Origin: Zancudomyces culisetae HAW-14-8
Taxonomy: Eukaryota > Fungi > Kickxellomycota
DNA: 64,000 nt
NCBI GenBank assembly: GCA_052426225.1
Contig: JBNJNM010000021.1
Coordinates: 682,001-746,000, forward strand
Direction: 5' to 3'
Shown here: one piece after another, positions 24,901 through 37,271 of the stretch
Numbering within the stretch: the first letter of the stretch is position 1
Layout of the letters: each line of letters opens with the position of its first letter
Made by a program: the position numbers and the translations under genes
The notes under the pieces: generated by a model
What the model was told of the DNA's origin: nothing
Seen by the model: only the letters and a program-made list of their open reading frames with translations
Database searches by the model: none

Positions 24901-25623
24901 TACACCATTATTTGTACACAAGTGTGTAATTATGACTTGAATTTCTCCAGGTGTGGTTGATAAATGGGGAAAAAATAATTAGAAATGATACATTTGGTGT
25001 TTTGAAAGAAGCAGAGTGCAATTGCAAGAAAATATTGTCCGTGCCAGGGTGGAGGTCAGAATATGGTCTACACTAGTCAAAAGATAATACCAAAGACGCA
25101 GATTGGAAAAAATGTGCAACCTCGTTTACCATTTACATAGAAAACACTACTATAAGCCAAACTCTGTTATAATTAACTTCTTTCTAAGAGGGCTAACACA
25201 CTATCCATGACCTTCCCCTTCAATAAAGTATTAGGTGATTTCTGGAGCGACACTCCGCCGTTTGGCGTACAGGCTCTGCAAAGTCCAAAGGTTATCTAGC
25301 ATTGTTTATTTCTTTTAATTTAAAACAACAGGAGGCTAAAGTAAGGCCATGCCATTCGCCTTCAAAACGCATTATAAATCATAAAAGTACCTAGTTAACC
25401 AAAAGAGTCGGGAGTTAGCAGCAGTAACACCCTAGCCTCAACACTGTTAACACCAAAATAAACGTTGGCATTGATAAATAAAATAGGTATGGTAGAAATG
25501 TAAACTATATATATACAAATATCACAAATCTGGTGTAGGATATGTAAAGTATATATACACAGGCATAAAAACGTGCATACATACCAAACTCACTACAGAA
25601 AAGCTACCCAAAAATTGGGTCAA

Positions 25624-26563
25624 CTAGTTTGGCTTTGCACATTTTCTAAACTCAACGGTATTCGTTACAGGGTCCTTCATTTCTTGCCATGATATTGGAA
25701 TCATGGTGTTTCCTATTGTTACAATCGAAAAAAAGTTTATAAATATGTAGTTGTCAAGGTAAACGTTACATAGATGGTGAACAGAACAAAAGAAATTAAT
25801 GTATTTTTAAGTACCTGTGAGGGTAGCTTGAGCAAATATTACACCCAGTTCGTTGCTAGCGGTAGAAAGATAGTAGCTCTTTTGATCGCCCAAGGATATC
25901 TAAAAGTAGAATAAATATATACATATAAACAAACATGGTTATGTCAGAGGATACATGAGTGAAAAAAGGGGGATGTAATGTAATCAGCTCTAAAGAAAAA
26001 TAAATCTTACCACTTTTGCTCGAATCACATCACCAGGACGAAAAGAATTAAATATCTGAACCTTGTCTTTTTCGGTGGCCCTTACATCTTGAACTCTATT
26101 TGGTAATATTTCCAAGTTAGATATGCTTTGAACAAGAATTCGAGCGAATTGATGAATATGTCTAAAATAAGGTCGAGTACCTAATGATCCCATTGAATTC
26201 TTCGTGGCATAAAAGATCCCCAACCGAAAGAATTACGACAAAGGCTTGTTTAATATTGATTTTCGTGACTTTTCCCAAAATAATGCTACCAACAGTGGGA
26301 ATCGTGGAGGGAAATTTTGATTTCACAACACTAATGATTGGCTTTTGCGTTTTTGACTCCTCGCCTTGAGGCACATCGATAGTTTTATTTAATGTCTCAT
26401 CTGGTCCTGTGCCAGATGAAGAATTGTCAATTGGGTTAGTAATTTCAAGAGTACCTCTAGAACTAGAGATTATTGTATCGTTTCGTACATAAACACCTTG
26501 GCCGGGTATATATTCAGAGGTTAAGCCTAAACGTCGACCTGGGGTAACTACTCTTGCGTCCAT
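25624..26563 (-). CDS. CSL4: Exosome complex component Csl4 (S1 + Zn-ribbon), 4 exons
   Basis: MDARVVTPGRRLG...GQGVY, PTVGSIILGKV, FNGIIR|VQDVRATEKDKV, SFRPGDVIRAKV|ISLGDQKSYYLSTASNELGVIFA, MIPISWQEMKDPVTNTVEFRKCAKPN*. Confidence 0.93.
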
Positions 26564-26831
26564 TGGTTTTAAATCTAGTATTCTAATATCCCTTATTAAC
26601 GAACTGCTGACTATAGACGGATTAGTTATTGAAGTTTGAGAAGTGTGATCTGTTTTTTTTATATACATCAATCATTGTTGGTTTGGTAAAATCAATGTCA
26701 AATTAAGGCCAAAAAAAAAATTTTTTTTATTTAATTCAATAACTGAAGTTCAAATATAAAAGAATAATATTCTGCTAAACATAATCATAAAAACCAAAAA
26801 CCCCGTGATGTAGATGCAATGAGGGCTAAAA

Positions 26832-29800
26832 TCAAGGCAATTTAATATCATATTCAAGCACAAAGGTATCAATATCCCGCAGCAATGCTAAAATAGACGC
26901 AGAAGACCAAGCCTGGGTAGGATTAGAAAAGACGCACTCCGAACCGTCAATGTTGGTCAGTTCCGTCAAACCTCTATAAGAACTCTTGTTTGAAATGTAG
27001 TCGTTGAGACGAAATGCTGATTTATGAATGACATCATAGAAAGTGCTTATAATCTCGTCAGTGTTTGAATTAAAGAACTTAATGAGTGCACGAAGGTAGA
27101 AACCGGTTTGCCACAGCCATTCAGGACCGTTGTGATAGTTTGCGCCGTTTGCAAGAAGAGGATTGGATGAGTTATCATCGTTGTTGTAGTTTGGGTTGTA
27201 GTTTGGGTGAAGAGGATCCAAAGTTCGCATTCCTAATGGTCCCTGTAGAAGCCTGCGAACTTGAGACAGGCAATACCTAGCATGCTTAGTAATGAAGAGC
27301 CGTGGTGAAATGACCATTGCAACGACAAGATTTGGTCTAAAGCAATAATCTGCACCAGGCACGGCAGAGCCAAAGGTATCGCGGTAAATACCACGTCTAA
27401 GCACATGGCTGGTGTCGACTGAGTAGCGTTGATCTTTCTTTGGGTTGATGGGAATCCAAAAGTGTTTTTCAAAGCTTGAAAGAATCAAGTCGGCCCAGCT
27501 ACCAAAGTCAACAAGAAATAGTTGCTGATCATCAGTATGGTCAATAGATTGGCTGCTGCTACAAGTTTTGAGCAGTGGTGATTCTCCCAGGGCTGAAAAC
27601 GGAACATGAACACCTGTGTAAGGAAAATCCTTGGGGTTCTCTGCAGAAAGCGTGGAGACCCAACGCAGACAATTAAATAAAAGGGCAACGATCTCTATAG
27701 CTGCACCATCACGGGGAGTTGAAGGTACACCTCTATTTTTTGCATTTTCAGAAGAACCCATTTTATCCATCCAGGTTCCACAATTCCAAATGTTTCCACC
27801 AAATAAAAGGCCATTGTCCCAATCAACATGTATCGAGATATTAAACCCAGGATCGGTCATGTGTTCGTCCAGCCGATGCCCAGCATTAAATTCACGAAAA
27901 CTAATCCCAGTGGCATGTGATTGTAGGATTTCATATACTATATCAGCTACAGTTGATGATCGCGAGTAAGCCAGATCATCATTCCAGTCCACATACTCCT
28001 CAGTCGCTGGAAATCTTCTCCGCACATTTACTGATAGAAACTTGGTACCCTCAGGGGACAAACGAACATAGTCCTGAACTGCCTGAATCCAAAACCATGT
28101 GGCATCTCGGGCGTTGTACCGAGGATATCTTCCAGAGTCTAGCAAATTGGGAATTAGTCCATTACGCAAAACACTGGCAAATGCCAATAGATGTTCCCTA
28201 GCCTCTTCCCATCTATGTGTGGTTAGCAGCAACCCATCCAAACTGATAAAAATGTCGCGGCCCCAACAACGCATGTGGTGTGATGCAAAGTGCGGAAGAC
28301 CAGCAGCCATGCTAGGAACTTTCATCTCTTTATTGGGCAGTAAGGAGGCTGAAGGAGTGTAACCAACAAGTTGGACGGATGTCATAGCCAAGCTGGCTCT
28401 AAACCCAGTAACAGTAGCAAAGTCTGGGTTCATTAGGTTTATGGCTCGTTTTTTAGCTTCATTGTATGAGAAGTAGATGACCATTGAGAAATATTTTGGC
28501 ACCAATAAACTTGGAGCATTTTTGATAAGAGCAAAGCGCTCAGTCAGCCAGCTAATCAAGTGCGAGAGTTTTGGATAAATCACAGAGTACTTTTGTAGCC
28601 TATAAACCACATAATCGAGAGCCCAGTTTCCATCCCGCAGGTTGTTGCAGAGTGGATGTCCTAGATCATTGTTGGGGATAATATGCCGGAGATGAGTCAT
28701 CCATCCTTCATACCCACAGTACGAAAGTGGCCCCACGCCCGGGATGTTGTAGCTCCCTATACCAACGGTGTCTTGCTCCTCCACCTCGCATCGATACAAA
28801 ACTGTGTTTAGTGCTGCAAGGTCCAAGCACAAAAATGGAACCTCTGCGCTACTTTTGATCTTCCAATCCAAATCCAATCGAAAGTTTGTCAACACTGTCT
28901 TCACTATTAAAAAGCTACCAGGCCCAAATCCTGGTGGTAATCGCAATTCAACATATGATCCTTTTTCGTCTTGGTTGTTTTTCAGATATGGTGGGCCCAA
29001 GTCAATCAACTCTGAAGATAGCCCTGTCAAGTATTTGTCTGGATTGTGGTTTTCTTTGTTTTTTATTTCCAATTTATATGACATAACATGCTCAGCTTCA
29101 CAATCATAGAGCTTTATTGGAGCTGAAAGGATACTCTCCTTGTTCGAGTTTCTTCGGAATGCAGGCTGGGCCACCATCAAATATCCCTCACGCGTGGTTG
29201 GGTTAATCCTATGAACTTGAATAAAGTCATCATCAGTGCTAACAAACACCTCATCAAACGTTGCAATCTCCCTATGTAGCAAATTCAATCTCTTTTTCGC
29301 AAGCCCAATTCCCACATCCACGGGGTTCTCATGATAGAGGTACTTGCGTTTTTCATGAACGATGTCGTGCTGTTTTTCGTACAACTCGTCGTACCCGTGA
29401 ACACTTCCCGTCGAGCTAACCGACATGCAAACAACTGCTGCATTGCTCAATGCATCCTCCGCCGTTCTCTTCTGCGATGGTGTTTCGTTATCATGTGTCT
29501 GATCGAAAAACATCGCATCCGGTAATGCCGCTCGAATAGGAGCTACCATACATGGAACGTTATGTAGTTTGGCATTCTCATCTGTAAAAGTATCTTCAAC
29601 TTCGAGACAGTCCACATCAAGTGAACCCACGGTCTTACCACCATTTCTATAAACCATGCGCCCCAATTCATTAACATCCCATGCACTAAGTGACTCTCTA
29701 ATCAACGAGTTGATTCCCAATCGGGAGACATAAATGTCATCCTTTTCTGCAGACCCTGTAAATAACTCGGCTATTACATATAAGTCCGGTCTGACCCTGC

Positions 29801-32138
29801 GTGCCTCATCTAGCAAGTATTCTGCCAACTCTAGTGGTGTAGAATGACAATTATCAATTCGGATCCCATGGAATAATTTGGCACTTTCCACAGTATACCT
29901 TTTCATCAAATCCCACAACCATGGGTTATCACTGGGTCGTTTCCCATACCTAAGTTTCACACAATCTCCCCATACAATCACCTCCCGCCTCAAATACGCT
30001 TTTGAATCCTCTCCCGCAAAGTTGTTTAGCGGATCTCCTCCCCAAATCCACCCGTTGTTCGCCAACACCTTCTCCCCTTCCTCAAGTTTGTCTGTTGTTG
30101 CATTTTTTGGCAACCTGGTAAAATATGGGTCAACGATCTTGTAGAATGAGTTTATTGGTTTTTGAAATTTCCAACTTCCCTTTTCAAGCCTTTCAAACTT
30201 TACCACATTTTTAATATTTGTAAGAATTGCCTCTTTGTCTTGATCAAACTCCTTGTAAAAAGGTACATTCAGTAGAGCAAAGACTTGTCTCAGAAATTCA
30301 ATTAGTTCGTGTTTACTCGCCCTATACCCAAGCAATGCCCTTGCCGTTTTTACACTTTCTGCTGCCGTTGGTTGCCTGGCAAAGCGAGTGGTCACATTCC
30401 TTACGTCTTTTTCGCGCTTCATTATCGATTCTAGTTCCAGAGCCGCCATATCCACCCTATTGTTGACGTTGACCCCATTTTTATTCCTGACTCTGCTGTC
30501 TACCTTCTCCTCATTATCAATATAATCTTGTACTTCCTTTAGTAGCCCAGTAGCATCAATCACATAAAACTCCCACAAATTTAGACCTTGTATCACTTCT
30601 CGCTCTATTATCTCCATTAGTTTATCGAGATCCTGTTCATTTTCAATCGTATTTTTTCCAAAGCCATAATTTTCAATTCCATCGCTGAGTTTACACAACA
30701 TCGCATCTATTTCATTAGCTGCCCGGAGATGCGGTGAATTCTTGAGATTATATCCCGCCTCTGGATGTTCTTCCAACCATTTAGTGTTGTTTGCAGTATG
30801 ATTCCACACAATGTCTGTAACACCTAGCATTCCATGCTCTTGTTCCATTTTGTCCAAAACAACCTTCAACATCTTATATCTCTTTTCATTTGTCTCTGGG
30901 TACTTTTTAAGATCAGAAAATAGCTCGTCTGATATTCTCATCTGGTCATATATCGAATATGGTGACCCCGAATCCCCTCTCGCCTGTATAGGCAAATAGT
31001 GTACCATATTGTACCCCAACTTGGATGTATTTTTTAAATGCCTATCCCAATTACTCAACGGACCTAACCAACCCGGATGCATTGTCTTCAAAACTATTCC
31101 ATTAGCTTCCAGCACTTCGCCCTTGATCTTTAACCTAGGTTCTGCCAAAAAATAGTACATCTCGGATTTTGCTGTTTCCATCTCAAACGTACTCGTCCTC
31201 AGATCTGGAAAGGAAATGGTTGGCTTCATACCACAGGTCTCATTTCCCCTTTCCATCTCTCCCTCTTCATCATCAACCTCGGTCTGGTTGAAGCGATTTG
31301 AAAACGTAGCCGTCTTCTTGTATCTCTTGTACGTTATGTAGTATTGGTATGGACCGGGATAAAGTATAGCAAATTCGCACATCAGCACACTATCCTTTGT
31401 TTTTACAAACCTAATATAATTTATTCCAGTAAGTCAGATATTCAACATATGTATAAATAAAGATACATAAGTATACATATCACATTAATTCTCCACTAGA
31501 AATATTCACACCCGCTTTATCTGTTTGGCTCTCCTAATACCTTCTAAGCTAAATAAATATGATCATTCTTACTTTTTACTGGTAAATACTTCCCTATCGT
31601 ACTTTCCGCTACATGGTTATTTATATATGTTCAAGTATTAAAGTGATAGTTAAAGGAAAAATCTACAGATATTAATGGTAAAATAATGATGTCATGAGAC
31701 ATAATATTTCCCCCACTGTACAGCATCCACAGTGTTTCTATCGCATTTATGTGTTATGTTGCTACTTACCCGTTTAGTGGATAATTAGTATGGAGCTCTG
31801 GACTGATCGTGTATACTGACCCGATCGGTATAGTAAACCTCAATGCCATTTGTCCTGTCTTGTCAAACTTTATGTGCAAAAGCTATTGGTATTGGTTTCG
31901 TCAAGATTAGTTAATATGCTACCTTCAAATACCATTAATAAGTCTAGAATCAAAAAAAAGTCCACCACCCACTCCCAATAACACATGCGCAATAAAGATT
32001 TACCTTCTTATCATTTCCTATATTTCCCGCCTCGTCGAATCTTATGTTCCAAACGGTCATGGGTTTGACTGTAGGAGGCGCTGGTGTAGAAACCAGGATA
32101 TCCCTAGATTTATCATTTGTATATAGACTCCTAAACAT
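26832..32138 (-). CDS. GDB1: Glycogen debranching enzyme (4-alpha-glucanotransferase/amylo-1,6-glucosidase)
   Basis: 1518-aa ORF plus three small upstream exons (from MFRSLY at 32138; LHTNYPLNG exon; GKYDREVF exon). Catalytic motifs IRIDNCHSTP, AELFTGS, DQTHDNE, RCWGRD, TWMDKMG, NYHNGPEW, GLTELTN, QAWS. Confidence 0.95.
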
Positions 32139-33567
32139 TCTTCTATTTCTTTATGGTTGTCGCTTTTTCCTTTTGTAAGTTTATTTCACCAGGCTATTCT
32201 TTTATTTTGGAATTCGGCAATTCTAAAGTCTTTCTTTTCGTAGCTAACTAGTACTTTATTTATTTATTAATAAATAGTATTGAATTAACTCGAATAAAAG
32301 AGCTTAAATTAAATTTTAATATTTAAGGATTTACAACCCACAAAATGGGCTGTTTGATGTTTAATGCAGGTTTATTGCAGACATTTACAGGCGCTGTTTT
32401 TCAGAAAATATAAAGCTTTGTAATCCCAGCAATAAATTTACCTTTGTGAAAATGCAGGAGTGTTATGAAACTGATTTTTACTTGCGGAACTCAACTTTAA
32501 TTTCAGCTTTAATTTCAACTTTAATTTTTTATTCTCCTGCTTAATTGTAGTGTTGATATGCCTTGATTCTGCTCGAAACATTTTCTCTGAACATTAAATG
32601 GGAACACCAATTTCATAAAAATTGATATCTTCTAGCCTATGGTTTGTTGGTATTATGTAGAAACTCCATTATTTACAAGAACCACTCTTTTTTCTTTTTT
32701 TGAATACAAGTTTTGAACCCATACATTTAAACCCTCTCCCTTCCAAGTGTCAAAGTACATTTTTTATACATGAACTCCTCACCAAAACCATCCGTATACA
32801 TTCAACCCAAAGCCACCTTGTTTATTGTCTTGTGATCCATTCACACTATGCAGACCACTCTCAATCATGTTTTACTATGTTGGAAGAGCGGGCGGAAATT
32901 CTCGTTAAGAATACATTCAAAGCAGTTTTCTTTAGTCAAGTGATTTTCGTTTCTTAGTATGAATTGAAATTGCACATTATCTAATCTAATCACCTTATCG
33001 ATGGATCCAGCAGTATTATTGACCAAATATTTGCCGCCTTGCCTCGATTTTCTTTTGAGCTTTCTTTTTTCCAGAGGGAAAGCTTAAAATAAGCGGTAAA
33101 AAAAGCCATTGTCCAATACACATATATTTGTGAACTGTAAAACTTGTTTAAATATGGTACGTTGTTATTACAACTTGGTAGTTTTAGGCGGCGTTGCTAG
33201 TTGTTTAAAGCATATATCAGCGTTCAGGAAGGCATTAAATTTATGGAAATATGCAATGGAGCGAGAATATGAGCACTTTATCCCCCTGGAGGTTAATGGG
33301 TTTTGCGTCCCCTTCAATTAAACAAAAGAAACTGCTTGCAATGTGTCTTTGGTGCTTTCCTACAATAATTGGTAAAAAGTGGTGAAAGCTGGTTTGCTTA
33401 TAGGTCAGCAATGCAAAATTCTTTTATTAACTGTTCATTATATTTTTACAGGATTTTGGCCTTTTCTGACCACAAAAAACAGAGCTTTTTAAAAATTAGA
33501 ATCCAGATAGTGTATATTTTTGAATATCTGGTATGAAATGGTAAACTGAAAATCTGAAAATCTGAAA

Positions 33568-35001
33568 ATGGAAGAAAATCGAAAGCTGGCCCGGGGTAAG
33601 ATAGTTATTACAGCCCCACATACCAACCTCTGCATTACGCTCCTTTTTATGTTAATTTTTGGTCATTTAAGTGAAAATTTACCGTTCTAAAAGCATTGAT
33701 GTGGGATTTGGAATTGAAACAGCATTTTTTGACAGTATTGTTGTAAATTGGGTGTAGAAAAGCTGGATACTGGGGATTTTTACAGAATGAATCCGAAATT
33801 CAGAAAATGGCTTCTCAAAGAAAAGGATATCTATTTCGAGGACTTAAGCTCTGAAGAATCCAAGAGGTATTTCCAGAAATTTGTAAAAAAATGGAATCGA
33901 AATGAACTGAAGGGTTAGTTATCAATGGTTTTCTATGTACTGTAAAGATTATACATTGTATGTTCCATTTATCAATTGAATGTGAATACTTGTTCCATTT
34001 CATCCAGCTTTAAGTAAAAACGGAAATGAATATGATTTTGATTTTGATACTCTGATTTACAGAAAAATACTATACCGGCGAAAATGATACGGCTGCAACT
34101 ATGAAAAAAACGACAAGGTACACGTGGGATTTTGCCAAAAAGTTGGACGATAGAACTTTAGAAAGCGTGGTAAAGAAGGTTTCAGAAATCACGAATGAAA
34201 CGAGACGTTCAGATCCAGTTCCTTTGAGCGTGTCAAGCAATAATATCAAAGTCAATGGAGATAGTTCTGGAGGTATGTGAATATCCGTACATATATGCGA
34301 TTGAGACTCAGTTTTCATACACTTGATAGATAAAAAAGAAAAAATCAGGAAGGTTCTTTCAAGAAAAAGATTCGAGGCAAATTTTGAGGCGACTTTGGAT
34401 GAAATAGCACCAAAAGAAACAGGACGGTATGTCTTTTCTTTTTCTTCTTTTTTTCTTCTTTTTTGTAATTTTTCTCTTTTTTTGTATGCTCCATGTGTAG
34501 CCACTGCTTTGGCTATAAAGGGTGGAAGGAGGGAGAGCGATTCTGGTAAAGTGAACCAAATAATAAGTGTCGAAACCGACATGTCTTTTATTACCATTTA
34601 GTGCCGCAGTAATAGCAAAAAAACGCGCGTTAAACCAGTACTATAAGCAGGAAAAGGATCTTGACATAGATTTTACAGATGCTGAACTTATGGGTTCTAG
34701 TGATTTTTACACACAGTAAGGGGAATATTATTCTTAGTTACTTATCAGTTTGCGTACTCCTAACGCACTTTGTGGAGATAGTTACGCTAATAATTGAAAT
34801 CTGTCTAACTTTGGCTAAAAAAAAATCAAACAACTTAGATTACATGAGCAGAATGCAAAAAAAAATGAACGGCGCGCGAGGGGCGTTCAAGTAAAAGGTT
34901 TGGATAGCGAAAACAAGCAGAGGTATCAGGAATATAGAAAGAAGGAAAATGATATAGTCGAAAAGTTTCGGCAGCTGGCTCAAAAACATCATCCACAGTA
35001 G
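33568..35001 (+). CDS. Conserved uncharacterised charged protein, style cell-cycle inhibitor 1 (SCI1)-like, 6 exons
   Basis: Spliced reading MEENRKLAR|EKLDTGDFYRMNPKFRKWLLKEKDIYFEDLSSEESKRYFQKFVKKWNRNELK|..LDEIAPKETG|RAAVIAKKR..ELMGSS..|KKENDIVEKFRQLAQKHHPQ*. All junctions are GT-AG. Family call is from recalled motif similarity. Confidence 0.75.
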
Positions 35002-35004
35002 GGG

Positions 35005-36268
35005 CTACCTCATTATACCTGGGTCTATTCCCAAGGACTTTAGCATATAGTTGAACAAAAAGTTTTCCTCATCCACGGATAAGGCTTCAGTAGTGTTTTC
35101 ATCGTCTGAACAAGAGTTGTGTTCTTCGGATGTGGGCCTGATGTGTGGATCCCCGTATGCTTCGTCGTTTTTTACACAATTTCTCTCTTTTTCCTGTGCC
35201 TTTTGGTCTATATTAGGTTTAATATCTAGTTTTATGCGTGTAATATTATTTATGATACTTTTTTATGCCAAATAAACTTGATTTTTGTAAACACTTCTGC
35301 TTTATTGAGAAAAAAACGTTGAGCAAAATCGCAATTATCACAAATTCCAACTAAAACTCCAAAAAATGTGTAGGTATACTCACATTCAATAGAAAGGTTC
35401 GGTTCCAGCAGCTCGTATAGTTTCAAGGAAAGTGTAACAAAAGTTTCCCTCCATCTTTTTGTTGATTCTCCAGTTTTCTTGTCGTTTTCCTAGTATAGTA
35501 ACATAAGTATCAGAGATTTATAACCTATCCACTGCATTATAAGCGTTGTGGTATGTGTCATGTAAATATCAACCACAATTCAAGTAAAAAAACATCGAGG
35601 ACGCATACCTTTTCTACAAGCGAAATAGCCGTTTTCAACAGACCAATCTTGGATTTAAGTGCTTTAATCTTTTCCTCCAACTCTCTTCGTTTCTCCCTAG
35701 CCTTCAAAAGTTCCGAAGATCGAGGTTTATTGGGTGTAGTTCTTTTTAAAGGCATTCGAGTTGTAGGGGATTTAAATCCTCCGTCATCCATTTTTATTCT
35801 TTTTTCTGAGGTGCAGGGAATCAAAGTTGTTTCGGGTATGTTTTGTGCTTTTTTAGTCGGATTCATTGAGTTTCCAAAATCTAACCCTTTAACATTGAGA
35901 TTATCTGCGAGTTCTAGGTTCGCGGTTTTTGGTTGTGATATTCTATATAATACATTGATCACATTATTTTTTGAATAGTAAAACAGAAGAATAACAAACG
36001 TATATGTATGCACTGGGCCAAAATCAATATAAAATTCCTAATAATGCATCTACATGTAAATGTGGCTTTATTAAAGTTAGGTTCATTCTTACTTTTGCGC
36101 GTTTTCTTGAAGGGCCAAACTATTGGAATCATGTTTATGTATGGGTGTTTGGGATAAAACTGTTTCTTGGTTTACTGGTTTATCTCTCGCAGAATCCTCA
36201 ATATTTGGTAGTGTTCTTTTAAGTGGGGATTTGAATGGGCTGTTTTTATAGAGTGCATTTCGCCTCAT
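35005..36268 (-). CDS. Mei5/Sfr1-family recombination mediator (Swi5/Sae3 partner), ~278 aa, 4 exons
   Basis: Exons 36268-36093, 35942-35609, 35489-35384 and 35225-35005 total 837 nt in frame. Features: two FKSP motifs in a disordered N-terminus, a coiled coil, KRWRETFVTLSLKLYE, and C-terminal YMLKSLGIDP. Confidence 0.7.
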
Positions 36269-37271
36269 GGTAATTCAGTTCAAATGCGTTTGGGTTTATT
36301 CACGATTTTTATTTTCTCAAGTTAATAATTGTTTATATTTTATACGATTTCCCCATCAAAAATGTTTGTAGAATGAGGGCATGGTTTGGCTGGCAAATGT
36401 TAGCCACAAAATTGGGTTCGTTATTCGCCATCCCTTTTTTTTGCACAAGTGTAAAATAATTACAAAGGCTGCATTTTCTGTACTTGAGGGTATGAGAAGT
36501 TCAAGCTGATGGGTATAAGAACCAACGCGATACCTGTCTGTTATAACTCCAACTTAGGGCGGATACTACCAATGTACTACCTTAACCTACGAACCATAGA
36601 TTTGGTAGGTTTGTGATAAAACACTTGGCAGAGGACACAAAAAAGTCATATCTGCAATGTGCTTTTTTTCTATAATTGAATTTTGGACGAGGAAGCAAAT
36701 TACAGTATCGATAATATATTTTCACAACAGCTTTGGGTTTTGTAATAGTATATATGAAATACATTCATTTCATTCCTTGTCGTTTATTTTGAGTCTCCAT
36801 ATTATTTTTTTCAAAAAAAATAATGTAGGTATGAGCAAATCTTAAGTTGTTGGAATTATGCGGTTGTGCGCATGAGAGTCCAGAAGTTAACAACATTTGA
36901 GGGGGGGAGAAGGGGCTGATTTTTCATTCGGTAGAGTCTAATTCAATTATATGGCTAACAGAACTAATTAGAAGCTCTAAAATTCAAAATTGATCTTCTC
37001 AAACGCACCCTTATGATCAACAAAGAGAGTTAGTGATAAAACGAAAGCGGATGTTGAATATGGACATTCGTGTTCATGCGTATTCATACACAGATACATA
37101 AACCCATGTATATATATAGCGAATATATTTAACATCTCAAGCGTATAATACATTTTTAATAACTTTTTAAATTATAGAGTACTTTTATAAAGATAACATA
37201 GAGTTTGTAAAAACTGTTGAATGATACTTGAAAACACAATATAAATAGCATAATTTTGCAATAAAAAAACA

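Noticed and set aside
26564-26671. 36-aa N-terminal extension of CSL4 in the ORF track
   Set aside because: Homology begins at MDARVVTPG (ATG 26563); the extension is not supported.
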